Shown here: piece by piece, positions 1 to 12,915 of the stretch | Layout of the letters: the number at the start of each line of letters is the position of its first letter | Numbering within the stretch: the first letter of the stretch is position 1 | From: Camelus ferus | Lineage: Eukaryota | Reading direction: 5' to 3' | NCBI RefSeq assembly: GCF_009834535.1 | Contig: NC_045697.1 | Coordinates: 102,240,001 to 102,304,000 of the forward strand | DNA length: 64,000 nt | The notes under the pieces: generated by a model | The model's database searches: none | What the model was told of the DNA's origin: nothing | Seen by the model: the letters and a program-made list of their open reading frames with translations, nothing else | Position numbers and translations under genes: made by a program

Positions 1-195
1 TGGTCCACTGCAACTGGAGAGTTTGAATTTATGAATCAGTCCCATTCTTGAAACTGGCGTAGCGGGGTGAGGCAAGGGGTTATCTTCCTGGAAGACACTT
101 GGCTACATGACATAGGGGTGAATTGCTGGGGACAATTACGATTCTGTTGTGGAGGAAGAAGTGGGGAGTTGACGCAGCCAATTATGTTCACTACA
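1..195 (-). mobile_element. MaLR LTR fragment (MLT1J/K/L-like), cut by the window start
   Basis: 'gattctgttgtggaggaagaagtggggagttgacgcagccaattatgttcactaca' resembles the reverse complement of the MLT1J/K/L 5' terminus; by-eye match. Confidence 0.55.
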
Positions 196-1189
196 GAGGA
201 AAAATACGGAAAACTTGAAGCATGTGGCCAACAGATCAGTTATCAGTGGCACACACCTCTGAGCCTAATATTAATTTGAGAGATGACTAGGCATTGAGTC
301 CAAGACTGAAGGAACAAGCATGTTGAGAGTGCTGATTGGATTCTGTACAACACTGGGGGGCAAGTCAACCAGTGTAGACACCAAAGTGGCCAAGGTGTTG
401 CCTACCAGCTTGTGGAGAATACCAGGAGGAGTGGATTTCCCGATTGTCAGTGTAGACAATACTAGACTTTTAAAGACTGATGCCTGCTAGATCCTGTAGC
501 AGCAAAGAGGAGAAACGTGTACTTGGTCTTGAAGATGCTGAAGATAGATTCCTATTGCTGTTTGGTGGAAATACACATACATCGATGGCTACACACTTAA
601 ACCTATTTTAGACAGCTTGAACTTCCAAAGAGATTTACAAACAAAGGGGCAAATGGGCTTTGAGAACTTAACATGAGCTTTCCTGTATCTAGGTCACTGT
701 TCTCCGCTTCAGAGCTGAATGGATCTTTGAAATCTCAGGACCTTTTGGCAAGGATGAAGCACCAGTGTTGAGAGGCTAACATTTGGGAGCCATTTTTCTT
801 TGGCGCTAGAACAGGAGTTTGAATAAAATCCAGCCTGAGTCAGCCTCTAAACAAGGATGAAATTCAAGTTTACAAAGCTTACTTGCAAGCCTGAAGCAGC
901 TTATTTATATATTTTTAACATTTGCCTTAAAAAGAAACATTGGTCTATAACTTCATAAAATGCTGAGCTGAATACTCAACAAAAGCAAACTTCAACTCCT
1001 TCAAAACTTGTCCTCCAACCAGGGCAGTGCCGTGGTGACAGTCAGTAAACAGAGCACCGCGCTACAAGGCAGAAACGCTGAGAAGCCTTCCCTGCCTGGG
1101 CATTAAGGAACTTTTGACTTTGGACAAGTCACTTCACTTCTCTAGGTCAGAAAGACACTAACTTATTAGATGAGATGCTTAAGGCATGA

Positions 1190-1325
1190 AAACATGTTAA
1201 TTGCTATTTTCATCTGAATTTAGGGTTGAGGAATCTGAGTACAGTTAAGCCACTTGTCCCCAGTTAAATACTGAGTCAGTAGGCTAGGAATGGTCTGTGT
1301 GTCCCTTGACTTCTAGGCTGGGAGT
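1190..1325 (-). mobile_element. MIR SINE fragment
   Basis: 'ttgaggaatctgagtacagttaagccacttgtccccagttaaatac' resembles the antisense MIR core. Confidence 0.55.
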
Positions 1326-2584
1326 CTCTGTTTCTCTTCCGTGCTTTCCAGAATGTAGTGGTAAATCTGACTGTGTCTAATGAAAGGGCTCCCACTGTCA
1401 ATGCCACCCACAGATAAGCGCCTTGGACTCTGTAGCTCCCACCAGATAGTCCTAACATTCAGGAAGGCTTACCCTACAAACCCCACTTCTCTCGGCGTCT
1501 CTGAAGCACAGTCTACAAGCAAGCACAAGACATAAAGCATAATCCCTTGCGATGAACAAATATCTCCTCAAACCCTGAACATGCTCAGAGCAACATCACT
1601 TGGATTAGTGGATTAAATGCATTAGCTAAATGATCTCACTGATTTTGCATTATGTAAGAAGGGAAAACCTCGCAGCGTTGGAAATGTTACTTTGCAAAGC
1701 CAGCTATAGCTTTCTGAAAGAAAGTTTAGAGATAAGAGAGGAGATTGCAGCAGAAAAAAAGCATTTAATCTTTTAGCTATTGGAATGCCTCTAATGCAGT
1801 ATAAGAGACAGCAAGGCAGGTTTTTAATGTACTCAGGCCCAGGGTGATAAAGAAGGGGGGAACTGGCCCACAGACCTATGATTCCCCAGAGTATTTTCCT
1901 TGAGAGAAGTTTATGAAGATGGTCCACTTTCACAGGGCCTTGAAAAATCAATCTCCTGTCCTAAAATACCTTCAGTTATAAAAAGGAGCTCGCACCACAT
2001 TTGAAAAGCCTTCATTTCATTTTTTTTTCTGGTGTAGAACACATTTTATACCGACTGTACAGTTGAGAGAGAGAGAGTCATCAGCTAGGATTACAACTCT
2101 GTTTCACTGAGAGACTGCTCAGTCCATTCAGTTCTGGTGGGGATGACATCAAGATCGCACTGGCCTGTTGCTTCCACGGTCTGAGGATCCCGAGGAGATG
2201 GCCAAGTGTGTCGTCCCTGCTGCTCCTGGCCTTTCTTTCCCTTCTCTCCACACATTCAGGGGCCAGTCGACGCTTCTGTCCTCAGTATTGCCTCCTCAGG
2301 GCTTAAGTTCTTTTAACCAAATGGCCCAGAACCGAGCCCCAGTTCACAATGGCCTGGCCCTGACCTTGCCTCTCCCAGCCAACGGTGGGTTTGGACTTTG
2401 AGTCTTGGATGTGAAATCTCTTTGGGTTCTGCTTACCTAGGACCCCAGCATCTTCTCCCTCGCCCCTGCTGGTCTCCATCCCCCATAGCTGAGGGCATGG
2501 GCAGAGGAGTCAGAGAAGCTTACGTTCTAGTCTTTGCTTTGTGTTTCTCAGTAGAAAGACTTCAGGCAGGATTACTCCTACCAG

Positions 2585-2725
2585 TCTTGGTTGCTCACCT
2601 GTGAAACAGGGATAATGATAAAACCTGTCTAAGAGAGTGGGTGTGAAGATGAAATAAAATACCGTATATAAAGCTAGTAACACAGAGTCCTTTTAAAACT
2701 GCTCAGTAAGCGTAAGCAATTACTT
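2585..2725 (+). mobile_element. MIR SINE 3' half
   Basis: 'ctcacctgtgaaacagggataatgataaaacct...gtgaagatgaaataaaat...gctcagtaagc' follows the MIR core and tail. Confidence 0.7.
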
Positions 2726-5494
2726 TTGCCGTCAGTACAGTACATACAGATGAATGGCAATTCTGTCACTCTCTGCTCTATTTAAGAGTCTTCCCCAACA
2801 CTGGTTTGTAGATTTTTTTTTTTTAAGTCAGGGGCCATGTTTGAAAGAGTTTTCAGATTTCCTTCAGAATGAGGTCAAATGTAGGGTTCCTGGTGGGAAT
2901 GAATAGTTTTCGATTAATCTGAAACCAGAGCAAGGTATAAAAGAATATCCTATCACTAGAGCTCAGCTGGCAATTTTGCACCTGCACGCTGAGAAATGCA
3001 GAAGATGTCTTCAGGAAGCAGGAATTGTGAGCCCACTCGGTGCAGAGCACCGCTACCTACATTGTGTCCTGAGCCCTGGGCACACCGACCACGGGGAACA
3101 GAACCAGGTCTTGAGTTCACTGGCCTGCGACTACCCAGCCCTGCTTGGAAATCAAGTGCAAGCTGTCAGATAAAGTGCTCAGAAAGAATCACTCAGTTTA
3201 TACACAAATATTCTGCAAAATGGTTTAAGTAAAACATTCTTGCTCATCGTCTTCGACTCCTAATTATTAATTAGACTATCTGGCAATTGTAAAATCCTGA
3301 CAGCCAGAGCCTTTCTCTATCAGATACTCACTAGAAAACAGCCATCTGGGGTACAGACAGGGGTAGTGAGGGCAGCACACATCACCCACCACCAGCCAAA
3401 AAAACAACCCTTTGGGTGTTTATGTGCATGGAAGGTTTTTTGTTTAAACACAATGTGGTTAATAAACACAGATTTATGAAATCCATTCTTTCATCAAAGA
3501 ACTATGGCAGATTTGAAATCCATGGATTATATTTCTGAGTGTTGAAATTCTAAAGACCGGGAAAAAAATCCCAGGAACAGATTCTTAACAATAATCACAA
3601 TTTTTACTGGTTTGGAGATTACCCTGGCATTTTTCCTCCATTATGTTTAGGCATCCACGTGTATATTTTCTTCTAGTCTTTTCGCGAAAATGATCTGCAC
3701 AGTCTACCTAGGTTGCCTCGGAATGTAGCCAGAGAAAGAAACGGTGAAACTATCAAACATATTCTAAACGTTGGCATTACTAATTTGGGGAGCTGGAATA
3801 TGCTGTTTGCTTCAAAGATGATCATCAAGAGTATGTCTTCTATGAAGTTGAAATACTGCTCATGAAACTTAAGGAACAACACTGTAAATTCTATAGGAAG
3901 AAATCTTTTGCTTGGTTTGTGTTTCATTGCATGCATAAAGCAATAGAGTGTCTTCAGTTCTCATTGGCTTTATTGTTAATTATGAAAGGTGAAGAGTGGA
4001 TTTTGCACATGGTTTTCCTTATTTCCATTATTTGTTCTGATATTTCCCGGATGTTTTCATCCGTCCCAACCCCTTTTTATGGTAACTTTCTGTTGTATTT
4101 GTTGCAAGGAACACTGTGCAGTTTCTAAAGTCAGGTAAAAGACTTAATTTGTTTTAAAAAAGACAAAAAAATTTTTGTATAAAAAAAGTTTGGTTCTGAT
4201 AAACAAAGGCTTAGCTAGGATTAATTCAGTGTCTATTCTGGAATATCAGAACTGGTTACCTGAAAATGGAGTTTCACAGACCTGACTCTTTCAAGCTGAT
4301 GTGTCTTGTTGATATTGAAAAGTATGGGATATAAGCATGTCCGGGGGATGTTTATTGACATGAAGGAAGCAAAGCCGGGGACCCTCACCTAGTAAGCTAG
4401 CCACCTGATAGGACTTGAAATATGTATTCTCAGATCATCCTGTGTGTGTTTCTGCCTGTGCAGTAGTTGTGCATCCAAATCACGCTTCCATTATGAGCCC
4501 CGTCATACTTTTCATGCCATCGTATCTTTGTGTCCATGCTTCCTTCCAACCTGACCCTCTCATTGCAGAACAGAGCTCTAGGTGACCAGGGCCAGCCTGG
4601 GCTCCGCAGTTGTCACTGGAAGGAATATCATTCAATAGAGCAGCACTCCTGGTTCTTTGTCCTGCCCCTTACACACTCCTCCTCCTTGTCCATTCCTCCC
4701 TTTGATTGGCAGATGACATCTCTTAGTCAGCATTTCTTAATCAAAAAGATAAGGCTATTAAAAGGCCGTGTATACTGGGTATTTCTTTTCTTTCCTATCT
4801 AAACCATCCAATTCAGCAATTCTAGGTACAGTTACATATTTTCACAAAGCCAAGATTTAGTGTGGTGGAGGCATGACTGGTGAACCGAACAAATGATCAA
4901 ATGAACAAACCAACCATGGACTGCATATCTAAGCCCTGTCCTCTAACGTAGCTGTTGCATCAAGTTGGCATACTCATCTCCAACTGCTGACTCCTCTTTC
5001 AGATACTCAGAATTCAGGCAATTGTTCAAAACTGAGGTGAGGAAAAGGGCCATCCTTTACTGGGCACCCCCAAATCCCAACAATTATGTGAGTAGCTATA
5101 ATCCAGATTTTCAAATTATTCCACTGATTTCCTTAGCCTAAAGCTATTCTCAAATAATGGAGTGTTGCGATATGTAATAATGCTCTGGCTGACAGGGACT
5201 CAGTCTTTAGCAAGAGTCTGGTAGTGTTTCCTTTTGCTTTCCTACAACTTTTATTAGGTGAATTTTTAGTAGCTATAAAATTGTTGCAGTTTGTAACACC
5301 TTATGATTATTTTGTCAGAATTAAGCCCTTTAAAAAAATCTCCAATTTTCTACAATATAAAATTTCTCAGAGAACTTCTAGAATTTAAAGTATTTGTATA
5401 TTGCCAACATGTGTCTGCAGTTAAAGTCTTATATTTTAAATGATCAAGTTTACCTGTGCTCAGTAAAGCTGATGTCCAACAACCATGGTATAAG

Positions 5495-5690
5495 CAATGG
5501 TTCGTGAAGTAAACGAACTGAAGTCAAAACGTGTGGACCCTCGTTGCACGAACTTGGGCCCATCACGTCAGTTTTCTGGATGTGTTCACCTTCCCCTGAC
5601 CTTGGGAAAAATAACACTGGTCTTGCCTACCTCACAGAACTGCTTGGAAGGCCCAGTGATGTGAACATTGGACGAAAAGTAAAGTGTTGT
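5495..5690 (+). mobile_element. MIR SINE (degenerate)
   Basis: 'gaacttgggcccatcac...ggaaaaataacactggtcttgcctacctcacagaactgcttggaagg' matches the MIR core. Confidence 0.6.
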
Positions 5691-5852
5691 GCCACTTGGT
5701 TCGTTTGACTGGTCGTCTCCGTACTGTGCCACATCGTTGACCTCTCGTTTTCTCTTGGCATTTGTTATGCTCATTTTCTGGTTTCCTTCTACCACTTTGG
5801 CTTCTCCTTTAGCATCTACTGAGCTGACTCAGCTGGTCCTTTCCTACTAGAC

Positions 5853-6360
5853 CATCCTAGCCTGAGTTTCCCAAAAGGGGATAAAAGCTTGCAGGCAGAT
5901 AGTTTATTTGGGCCATGATCCTAAGAAACAAGGGTAAGAGACAGGAGAGGGCAAAAGGCAAAGAGGGAAAACCAGTGCCAAAAATGAGCTGGCCACCACT
6001 TCAGGAAATTAGTTCTAAATCCTGCAGGAGCTTTTGAGAAACCTTATGAAATGCATCTCAGAACTATCTGGCTGGGAATGCAATGAGAATACATTTATCC
6101 ATCATCTCTTGATCTCCCATTGGGGGCCCCGTGGGCAATAGATGCTCTTGACTTCCAGATTACATTTGCATGAGTGCTGAGTGGTTCCTAAGAGTATTCC
6201 AGGCAGCGCAGCAGAGATGTTCCAGTGTGGGCCACTAAGAGGTCGTGTCAGCTTGCACCTGTGCAAAGACTGTAGTGGGGTGCATGGAATCAGTCATGGT
6301 GACAATGACTGGAGTAAGAGGGAAGTCAAATGAGCCAGAATGGTGCAAAACGAGTGTAAA
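5853..6360 (-). mobile_element. ERVL solo LTR (LTR33/LTR16-like)
   Basis: 'gagtttcccaaaagg...gcaggcagatagtttatttggg...gatcctaagaaaca' is the reverse complement of the LTR33/LTR16 3' end, including its AATAAA. Confidence 0.6.
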
Positions 6361-6369
6361 TATACAGAC

Positions 6370-7920
6370 ATCTAGATTCTGGGGTTCCTAGATCCTCTTC
6401 TCTCTTAATATGTCATACTCTTCCTAGGTGATCACACCTTTTCTTGTGGTTGAAATGATCATCTATAAGCTTATTAATCCCAAATTTATATCATTAGCTT
6501 GGATCAGATTTCTGAATTCCATTTTCATTTATTTTGTTCTATCCATTGCATCAACTCTAGAATATTTTGAGGAATACACAGTCTACATGGGTTAAACTAA
6601 CGCTTGATCTTCCCCTGCACATCTATTTCTTTCCTAATCTTTAGCAGCTTAGCAAACACCATTCCAATTGCTTAAGCAAATGCATTACTTATTTTCTGCT
6701 GTGTAACACATTACCACAAAATTTAGTGGTTTAAAAGAACAATTTATCTCCCAGTTTCTGTGGGTAAGGAGTACAGAAGCAGATGAGCTGGGTGGTTCTG
6801 GCTTGAAATCTGTCATGAAGTTGCAGTTCAGGATGTTGGCTGGGGCTACTGTCATTTGACAGCTTGACTAGGCCTAGACTTTCTTCCAAGCTGTGCCCCT
6901 CATGTGGATTTTAGCAAGAAGCCCTAGTTTCTCGATGGCTATTGGCAGGAAGTCTCAGTTTTCTGCCAGAGGGGCCTGTTTGTAGTGTTCCTTATGCCAG
7001 AGTAGGTGATCCAAGAGGGAGGAACATTGTAGATGCTACAATGTCTTTTATGACCTTGCCTTGGAAGTCACATGACATCACTTCTGGTATATTCTGTTGG
7101 ACCCAAAGACCAACCCTATTACAGTGTGGAAGGCAGTGACACAAGGGTGTGAATGCCGGGAGGCAGGGAATATTGGGGGCCATGTAGGAGGCTGCCTACC
7201 ACTGCAGGAAACCAGAGTGTAATCTTTGCTCTTTCTTCTTCCCAGATCTATTGTCTCAAGTTCTATTGATTTACCTCGAAAATATATCTCAAAGCTGTTT
7301 ACTTCTACCTTCTCTGTCACATCTCCAAGCAAGATTACCATACTATCTGGCTTGGACTATAGTCTTCTAACTGGGTTTTCTTCTCTCTACTCATGCTTCC
7401 TTCTAGTCTATTCCTTAGAGTAGCCAGAGTGATTTTTGGAAAGTAGATCACATTGTGTCACTCTCACAGTTCTTCAGTCACATCACTCTTAGAATAAAAT
7501 TCAAACTCTTATTAAGACCTGTTGGACCTTTCTGGTTCTGAACCCTGCCCATCCCTTTGACCTCAACTCTTGCAACTCTCCCCTAATTCCTTATAATACT
7601 GATTTCTGTCTCCTCCTCCTCACAATCTCTTCACCAACCACCATCACACCTACTCTCTTTGACTAGCTTTGACTAATCATCAATTATCAGATTAACTCTT
7701 AGGGAGACCTTTCCTAGCACCCCAGTTACATCCCATCCTAGGCCTATCCCCTATTTATGACCTTTACCGATATTTATCATTAGAAACCCTGCTATGTGTT
7801 TGTTTGTCTGTCTCAGTGGGCAGAACCTTGTCTATTTGCTCTCACATGTCTGTCCACTGACACGCACAATACTTAGCACAGCATAGTCATTAACTAAACA
7901 GCTGTTGAGTAAATTAACGC
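6370..7920 (+). mobile_element. L2 LINE 3' region, interrupted by an MLT1 LTR at 6681-7203
   Basis: L2 motifs 'tcttcctaggtgatc', 'gtagccagagtgatttt', 'ttagaataaaattcaaactc' and tail 'acttagcacagcatagtcattaactaaacagctgttgagtaaatt'; the L2 sequence resumes across the LTR. Confidence 0.75.
6681..7203 (-). mobile_element. MaLR solo LTR (MLT1F-like)
   Basis: Begins 'tgcattacttattttctgctgtgtaacacattaccacaaaatttagtggtttaaaa' and ends 'gggggccatgtaggaggctgcctaccac'; about 520 bp, consistent with a full MLT1 LTR. Confidence 0.85.
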
Positions 7921-10900
7921 TTTACCAGAGCAGCTCTTCCTGTTGTCGTGGTTTAAACAAAAAGTGGTCCTGTCTCGCTATGTCAAAATTTCCCACAAGA
8001 TATGAATGACTGTTTATCAAAGAATAAAGAAGAATTCTGCTAAAGGAAATAAAATATGGGTCACTGTCCTCATTGCTATAAACTTAATGGAACAAGAGAC
8101 AAGCAACCAGAAAGATAACAAACACAAACAGAGAGAAACAAACAAGAAGTTATTTCAAATGAGGCCATTGAGCTCACGAAGGATGTTGTTCTAAGTGAAA
8201 ATGCCAGCATAGAGTTGCAAGATAGCTGAGTTCAAGTCTAACTGAAAAACAAATGACTTTGCATATACTGTTTTGCTTTCTAGATCATTAATCTACTGAC
8301 AGGGACAAAACATAAAGATAAAGCTAACATCTTTGAAAAGTTCATTGCTTCACATGCCGTATCCCGGGCTTGGTGAATCAGGCGATCTTTTTATCCAAAA
8401 TAGTCCTTTTTTCACTCCTAATGGTATCAAGCTGAAGCTTCTTATGCACGGAAACACTGAAGTGTTCACACGTGATCTTAACACCACAGGCCATTACTTC
8501 ACATGAGAGCATTTCAAACTTTTACCAAGTCATAGCCTGATGGACTGACTTCCCATCCTCTGTTGTCATTATCTGTCTTTCACCCACAAGCACTGGCTCT
8601 CAGCATTATACAACTGTCACTCCTTTTTTAGGAAAATCAGTGTTTTTTTTTCCTTTAAAATTCAGTTGTTATTTATACAATGTCCTTTGTGTAACAATCA
8701 AAGGCATTGAAATATCACCCCCCCCCCATCTCCTCCATCTTCCCCTCTTCCTTGGCTTCAGACTCTTTTAGCCACCCACCATCAACCCAGGGCATTGTAA
8801 TAAATTTAATTGTCATTTTTCAAATTCACCCCTGTACAAATTGTTACTTCTATAAACAGGTAACAAACCTAGCTGATGAAGGGAGGAAATGAACTGCTTT
8901 AAACCTATGAAGGGCCAATTATAACCATTTCATATCTGTATATATACCTATAAAATCAAAAGAGATTTCGCTTTCAACTGCTCATGTGAGAACTAAAACC
9001 TCTTTGAGAATATGAACTTTCAGTTTCCGCTATGATTTCTCTTAGCTTAAAGAAGCAAACTTTAAAAAATTACCTTTCCATGGTCAGTTGAGACCTAACT
9101 CCTTGGAATGAACATGTAATTTCTTAGAAGGTGATGAAAGAAATAGTAAAAAGAAAACGAATTTCAGCACTTGGTCATATAAAACATCTCTGGGAGCTCT
9201 CACTACATCTGCAAAGTTGATCTGGCCTAATGAGCAAGTAAATGTTTCCTGAAGTAAAGGGAAATATATATATTTTTAAACCCTATATGCCATTGAAATT
9301 GAGTTACAAATACCTTACAGCAACAGATTGGTGTTCCAAAACAATTTTTTTCATGCATTTCAGAATTATTGATAGAATGAGTCCTTAAAAAATATGAAAG
9401 GGAACTTGTTGATAGAATACACATGTTACTATGGTGATATTTTTGGATCATACTGTTTGCCAGGAACATGGTGTAATTCTGGCTAATTTCAGTTCAAATT
9501 AAATGCTGTTGTGACAAAACAGAAATGTCTCTAGGTCACATCAGTGTGATTTTCACTGGGAAATTAGATTATTCTTCATTGGAAACATCAGCTACAAGGC
9601 ATGACCACACAGCTTCATAAATCTTTATGATTTAGAAATGGAAAAATGTGCTCTTGTAATGTAATCGTTATAACAAGTGTCCTACATTCTCAGGATACTA
9701 GTGTGTAACTAGAAAACAAGTCAGAGCTTCACCCTTCTCACTACTCTCCGACAAGTCCCTATCAGAGTTCCAGTTACTAGCTGATGAGGCTTGCAGCCCT
9801 CACCAAGGCGAGATTTCAGTGCACATCTCTTCAGCAACTTCTTTCTCATAGGATGCTTTATGGTAGAGCCTTGCTTTCTTTGATGTCTTCATGTGGATGT
9901 GCACAAATCATCTGGGAGATGCATCTGTGGTGTCCTCACTGTGCAGTGATGAAAGCAGCTGGTGCCACCATTCACGATGTAGCATTTGGTGACTTTGGAC
10001 ACCTAGGAGCTAACCCAAATGCGCCTTTACCTGATGTCAATAGATGTTCAGAACATTCAGATGTTAGGAAGGAGATGGAACAGATGTTTATTTAAATGAT
10101 CTTTTTCGTTTATCTTCTGAATATGGGCTTTGGCATTGTCCTTTATATTTCTCAAGTATAGATGGAACCAGTACACCCCAACCCTCTGCAGATGGGGCAC
10201 CTAGAAAATGGTGAGATTTGTACAGCACCTTGGGGTAGGTGGTTGGAGTTGTTTGAGGCCAGAGGTGACTTACTAAAGGCTTCAGGCACAACTGCCTGCC
10301 AGAAGGACTGAGGCGATCAATATCCCCAAACGCCCATGAACTCTGACCATGACCTGAGTGTGTCAAGGCTGAGGCACGGGAAGCTCTGGCTCACAAATTT
10401 GTTTCTCTCTCTTTTCCACAGATGTCTGCAGCTACTTCCTCTGACTCTGATGAAATCACCTAGGCCAATTTAAATTGCACAGTCCCGCACTGCCTCCAAC
10501 ATCAGGAAAGTAATGTGATAAATATGTTTGGATGTTTATCTTTTAGTTCCTACAAACTTTGGCTCTAGGTTAAACATTTTGGTATCATGTTTATTTTTTT
10601 AAATAATAACAACCACAAGAACCACCCAAGTAACAATGGAAGTACGTCTCTTAATTCAATTTGTTATCAACTATAACCCCTGAATGTTAGGTTAGGTCAT
10701 AGCCCTGTAATAATTTCCCAGGGGCTAACAAGCATTAGATATATTCTTGAGTCTAAATTTGGGAAATACATTAAGTTCTCTTTAAAGTAAGGTAAACCAT
10801 CAATTACATATTTGACCCCCAAACTATAAGCCCTTGAAGTGACTTGATGTTTCTGAGTAGAATTAAACCTATTAGTGACCACAATTCTCTTAAAAAGAGA

Positions 10901-11012
10901 ATAAATAATAAATAAAATACCAAATAAAGTTTGGAGTTTGCTGGGTCTCATATCACCAAAGAATAAAGGATACTCTTGGACTTAATTTCTATAATATGTG
11001 CACATCACACTT

Positions 11013-11042
11013 TCTCTCTCTCTCACACACACACACACACAC
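11013..11042. repeat. (TC)n(AC)n compound microsatellite
   Basis: tctctctctctcacacacacacacacacac read directly. Confidence 0.95.
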
Positions 11043-11489
11043 TGCGTATGTGTTCAGTTTCTGTACATGGACATGTATACATGTGTATTCACACACACAT
11101 GCTTACATGCATATATCCTTAATGAAAAAATGCACTCTAAACAATATTTATAGAAACAAGGGCTCTATATGTCTCACAGAGGTGAGGGGTTATATGTTGT
11201 ACTTTATCTTATTTTAAATATTCTTTCTTTTGTTTAGCGTTTTACTCCATAGATTCAAATGAGATTTAGTACTTTATTTTATTGAGAACAGACAATTCCA
11301 TGGGTTTCATCTCCAGAGTCATCTTGAAACCAATCTGTAAAAATAGTTTTATACAAAAGTGAAAAAACAGATCCTGTTCCCCAAAGTTTTATAGACAGCT
11401 TTATTTCTTTTTTCCCAAAGTAATTTTATCTAGGTCTGCCTAGACCAGGTAGTCCAAAACTCACTCCAGTGTCCCAAGACTAAGAAATT

Positions 11490-11720
11490 ACAATCAGGGA
11501 ATGTTAAAGCTGGGAAGAAACATCTTAGAGGTTAACTTGTTTAACCCTATAATTTAAAAATAAACCTTGGAGATTAACTTGTTTAACCTCATAATTTTAA
11601 AGAGGAGGAAACTGACATGGAAAGATTAAATGATTTTTCTCTCTCAGCTAATTAGTGGCAGAACTGGGACAAGAACTCAGGTGTTCTGACTTCCTGCCTT
11701 GTGCTTCTGCTGCTGTACCT
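11490..11720 (-). mobile_element. MIR/MIR3 SINE with an internal 42-bp-period duplication
   Basis: 'gaggaggaaactgacatggaaagattaaatgatttt...cagctaattagtggcagaactgggacaagaactcaggtgttctgacttcc'. Confidence 0.75.
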
Positions 11721-12729
11721 GCTATTTCCCATTATTTGAAAGTTAAAGGATTAAATGAGATGAAAAGACAGAAAAATGACAATTTAGTTTTTCGTTGTGT
11801 CTTTTCTAAATACTCTTCTAGGAAGAAAGATCCTAGCAACATTTATATATTTGTTTATCTGAATAAATAAATGGTATTTTGGAGAATATATTTATTGGAA
11901 AAATACACCAAAGAAGTTAAAGATCAAGAGTTTTTTGGTTTGGCTTGTGTATGAGGACTGGGCATAGAATTTTGTATCTTGCAAAAGTGATTGAGGTTCT
12001 AGTGACCTTGGGAAAAATTCTAATATAATTTAAACTATGGTGTATGCTTTATTTGAACTCTCTCCTCCCTTTGTATTCCTTGATCAGTTGATTCTTAGAT
12101 CCTTAATAGACACTTTTGCTGTATACATTTCTCATTCTGTCTCATAAAGGTGAGGCTCCCTGAGATCTCCACAGGTTCTTCATTTACACTCATGTTTTAG
12201 GAGACTCCATGTCCGATATGGTAAATACGTACATAGGCATCACTTTCCACGTGCCACTTTTTTCCTCTCCAACATCAGAACTGTCCACGACCCCGAATTG
12301 TTTTCCAGGCCAGGTACCAATGCCCGAGTTTGGCTTTCAGTGCCCATCATCAGTTGACTTCAATGAATGTAACGAAATTTACCTCCCACATCTCTCTCCT
12401 GATACTGAACTTCCTCCTTCAGCCAGACCAGTCCTTCACCATCCCCCACTATACGTTTGCTTATTTCTGTCTCTTTGTCTTTCCACTTGAGTTTCTATCA
12501 GTGGAAAAGCACACTCTCTCCTACCTCTACAGACAAATCCAAAACATTTCCAGATTGCATGAACTCCATGAAGCTTTTCCAGATGACCTTTAACTCAAAC
12601 TGCTCAGCAGCGTTTACCCCACCAATGGAGTTACGGAGTTCTGTGGAGTAGAATACATTTCTGTTCATCTTCTCAACTAGGAAGTTTCCATTGCTTCACT
12701 TTGCTTACAGTACACAGTTAATTGGTTGC

Positions 12730-12915
12730 CATAACAATAATGATAATCGATGAGTATATATTATATTAAATACTTAAGTGATAAATTGATTTACATTACT
12801 CTTATATTCATTATTTTAATTGATCCTCACAATACCTCTGGGAGGGTGATGGGACAATGATTATCATTGCCCTTATGGATAAGGAAATTGAAAGTCAGAG
12901 AAGTTACATTACTAT
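12730..12915 (-). mobile_element. MIR SINE
   Basis: 'ttttaattgatcctcacaatacctctgggagg...ataaggaaattgaaagtcagagaagtta'. Confidence 0.75.

Noticed and set aside
200..490. Coding-looking stretch with cagtgtagaca repeated at 370 and 448
   Set aside because: The frames I translated are short and resemble no protein or retroelement I recognise.
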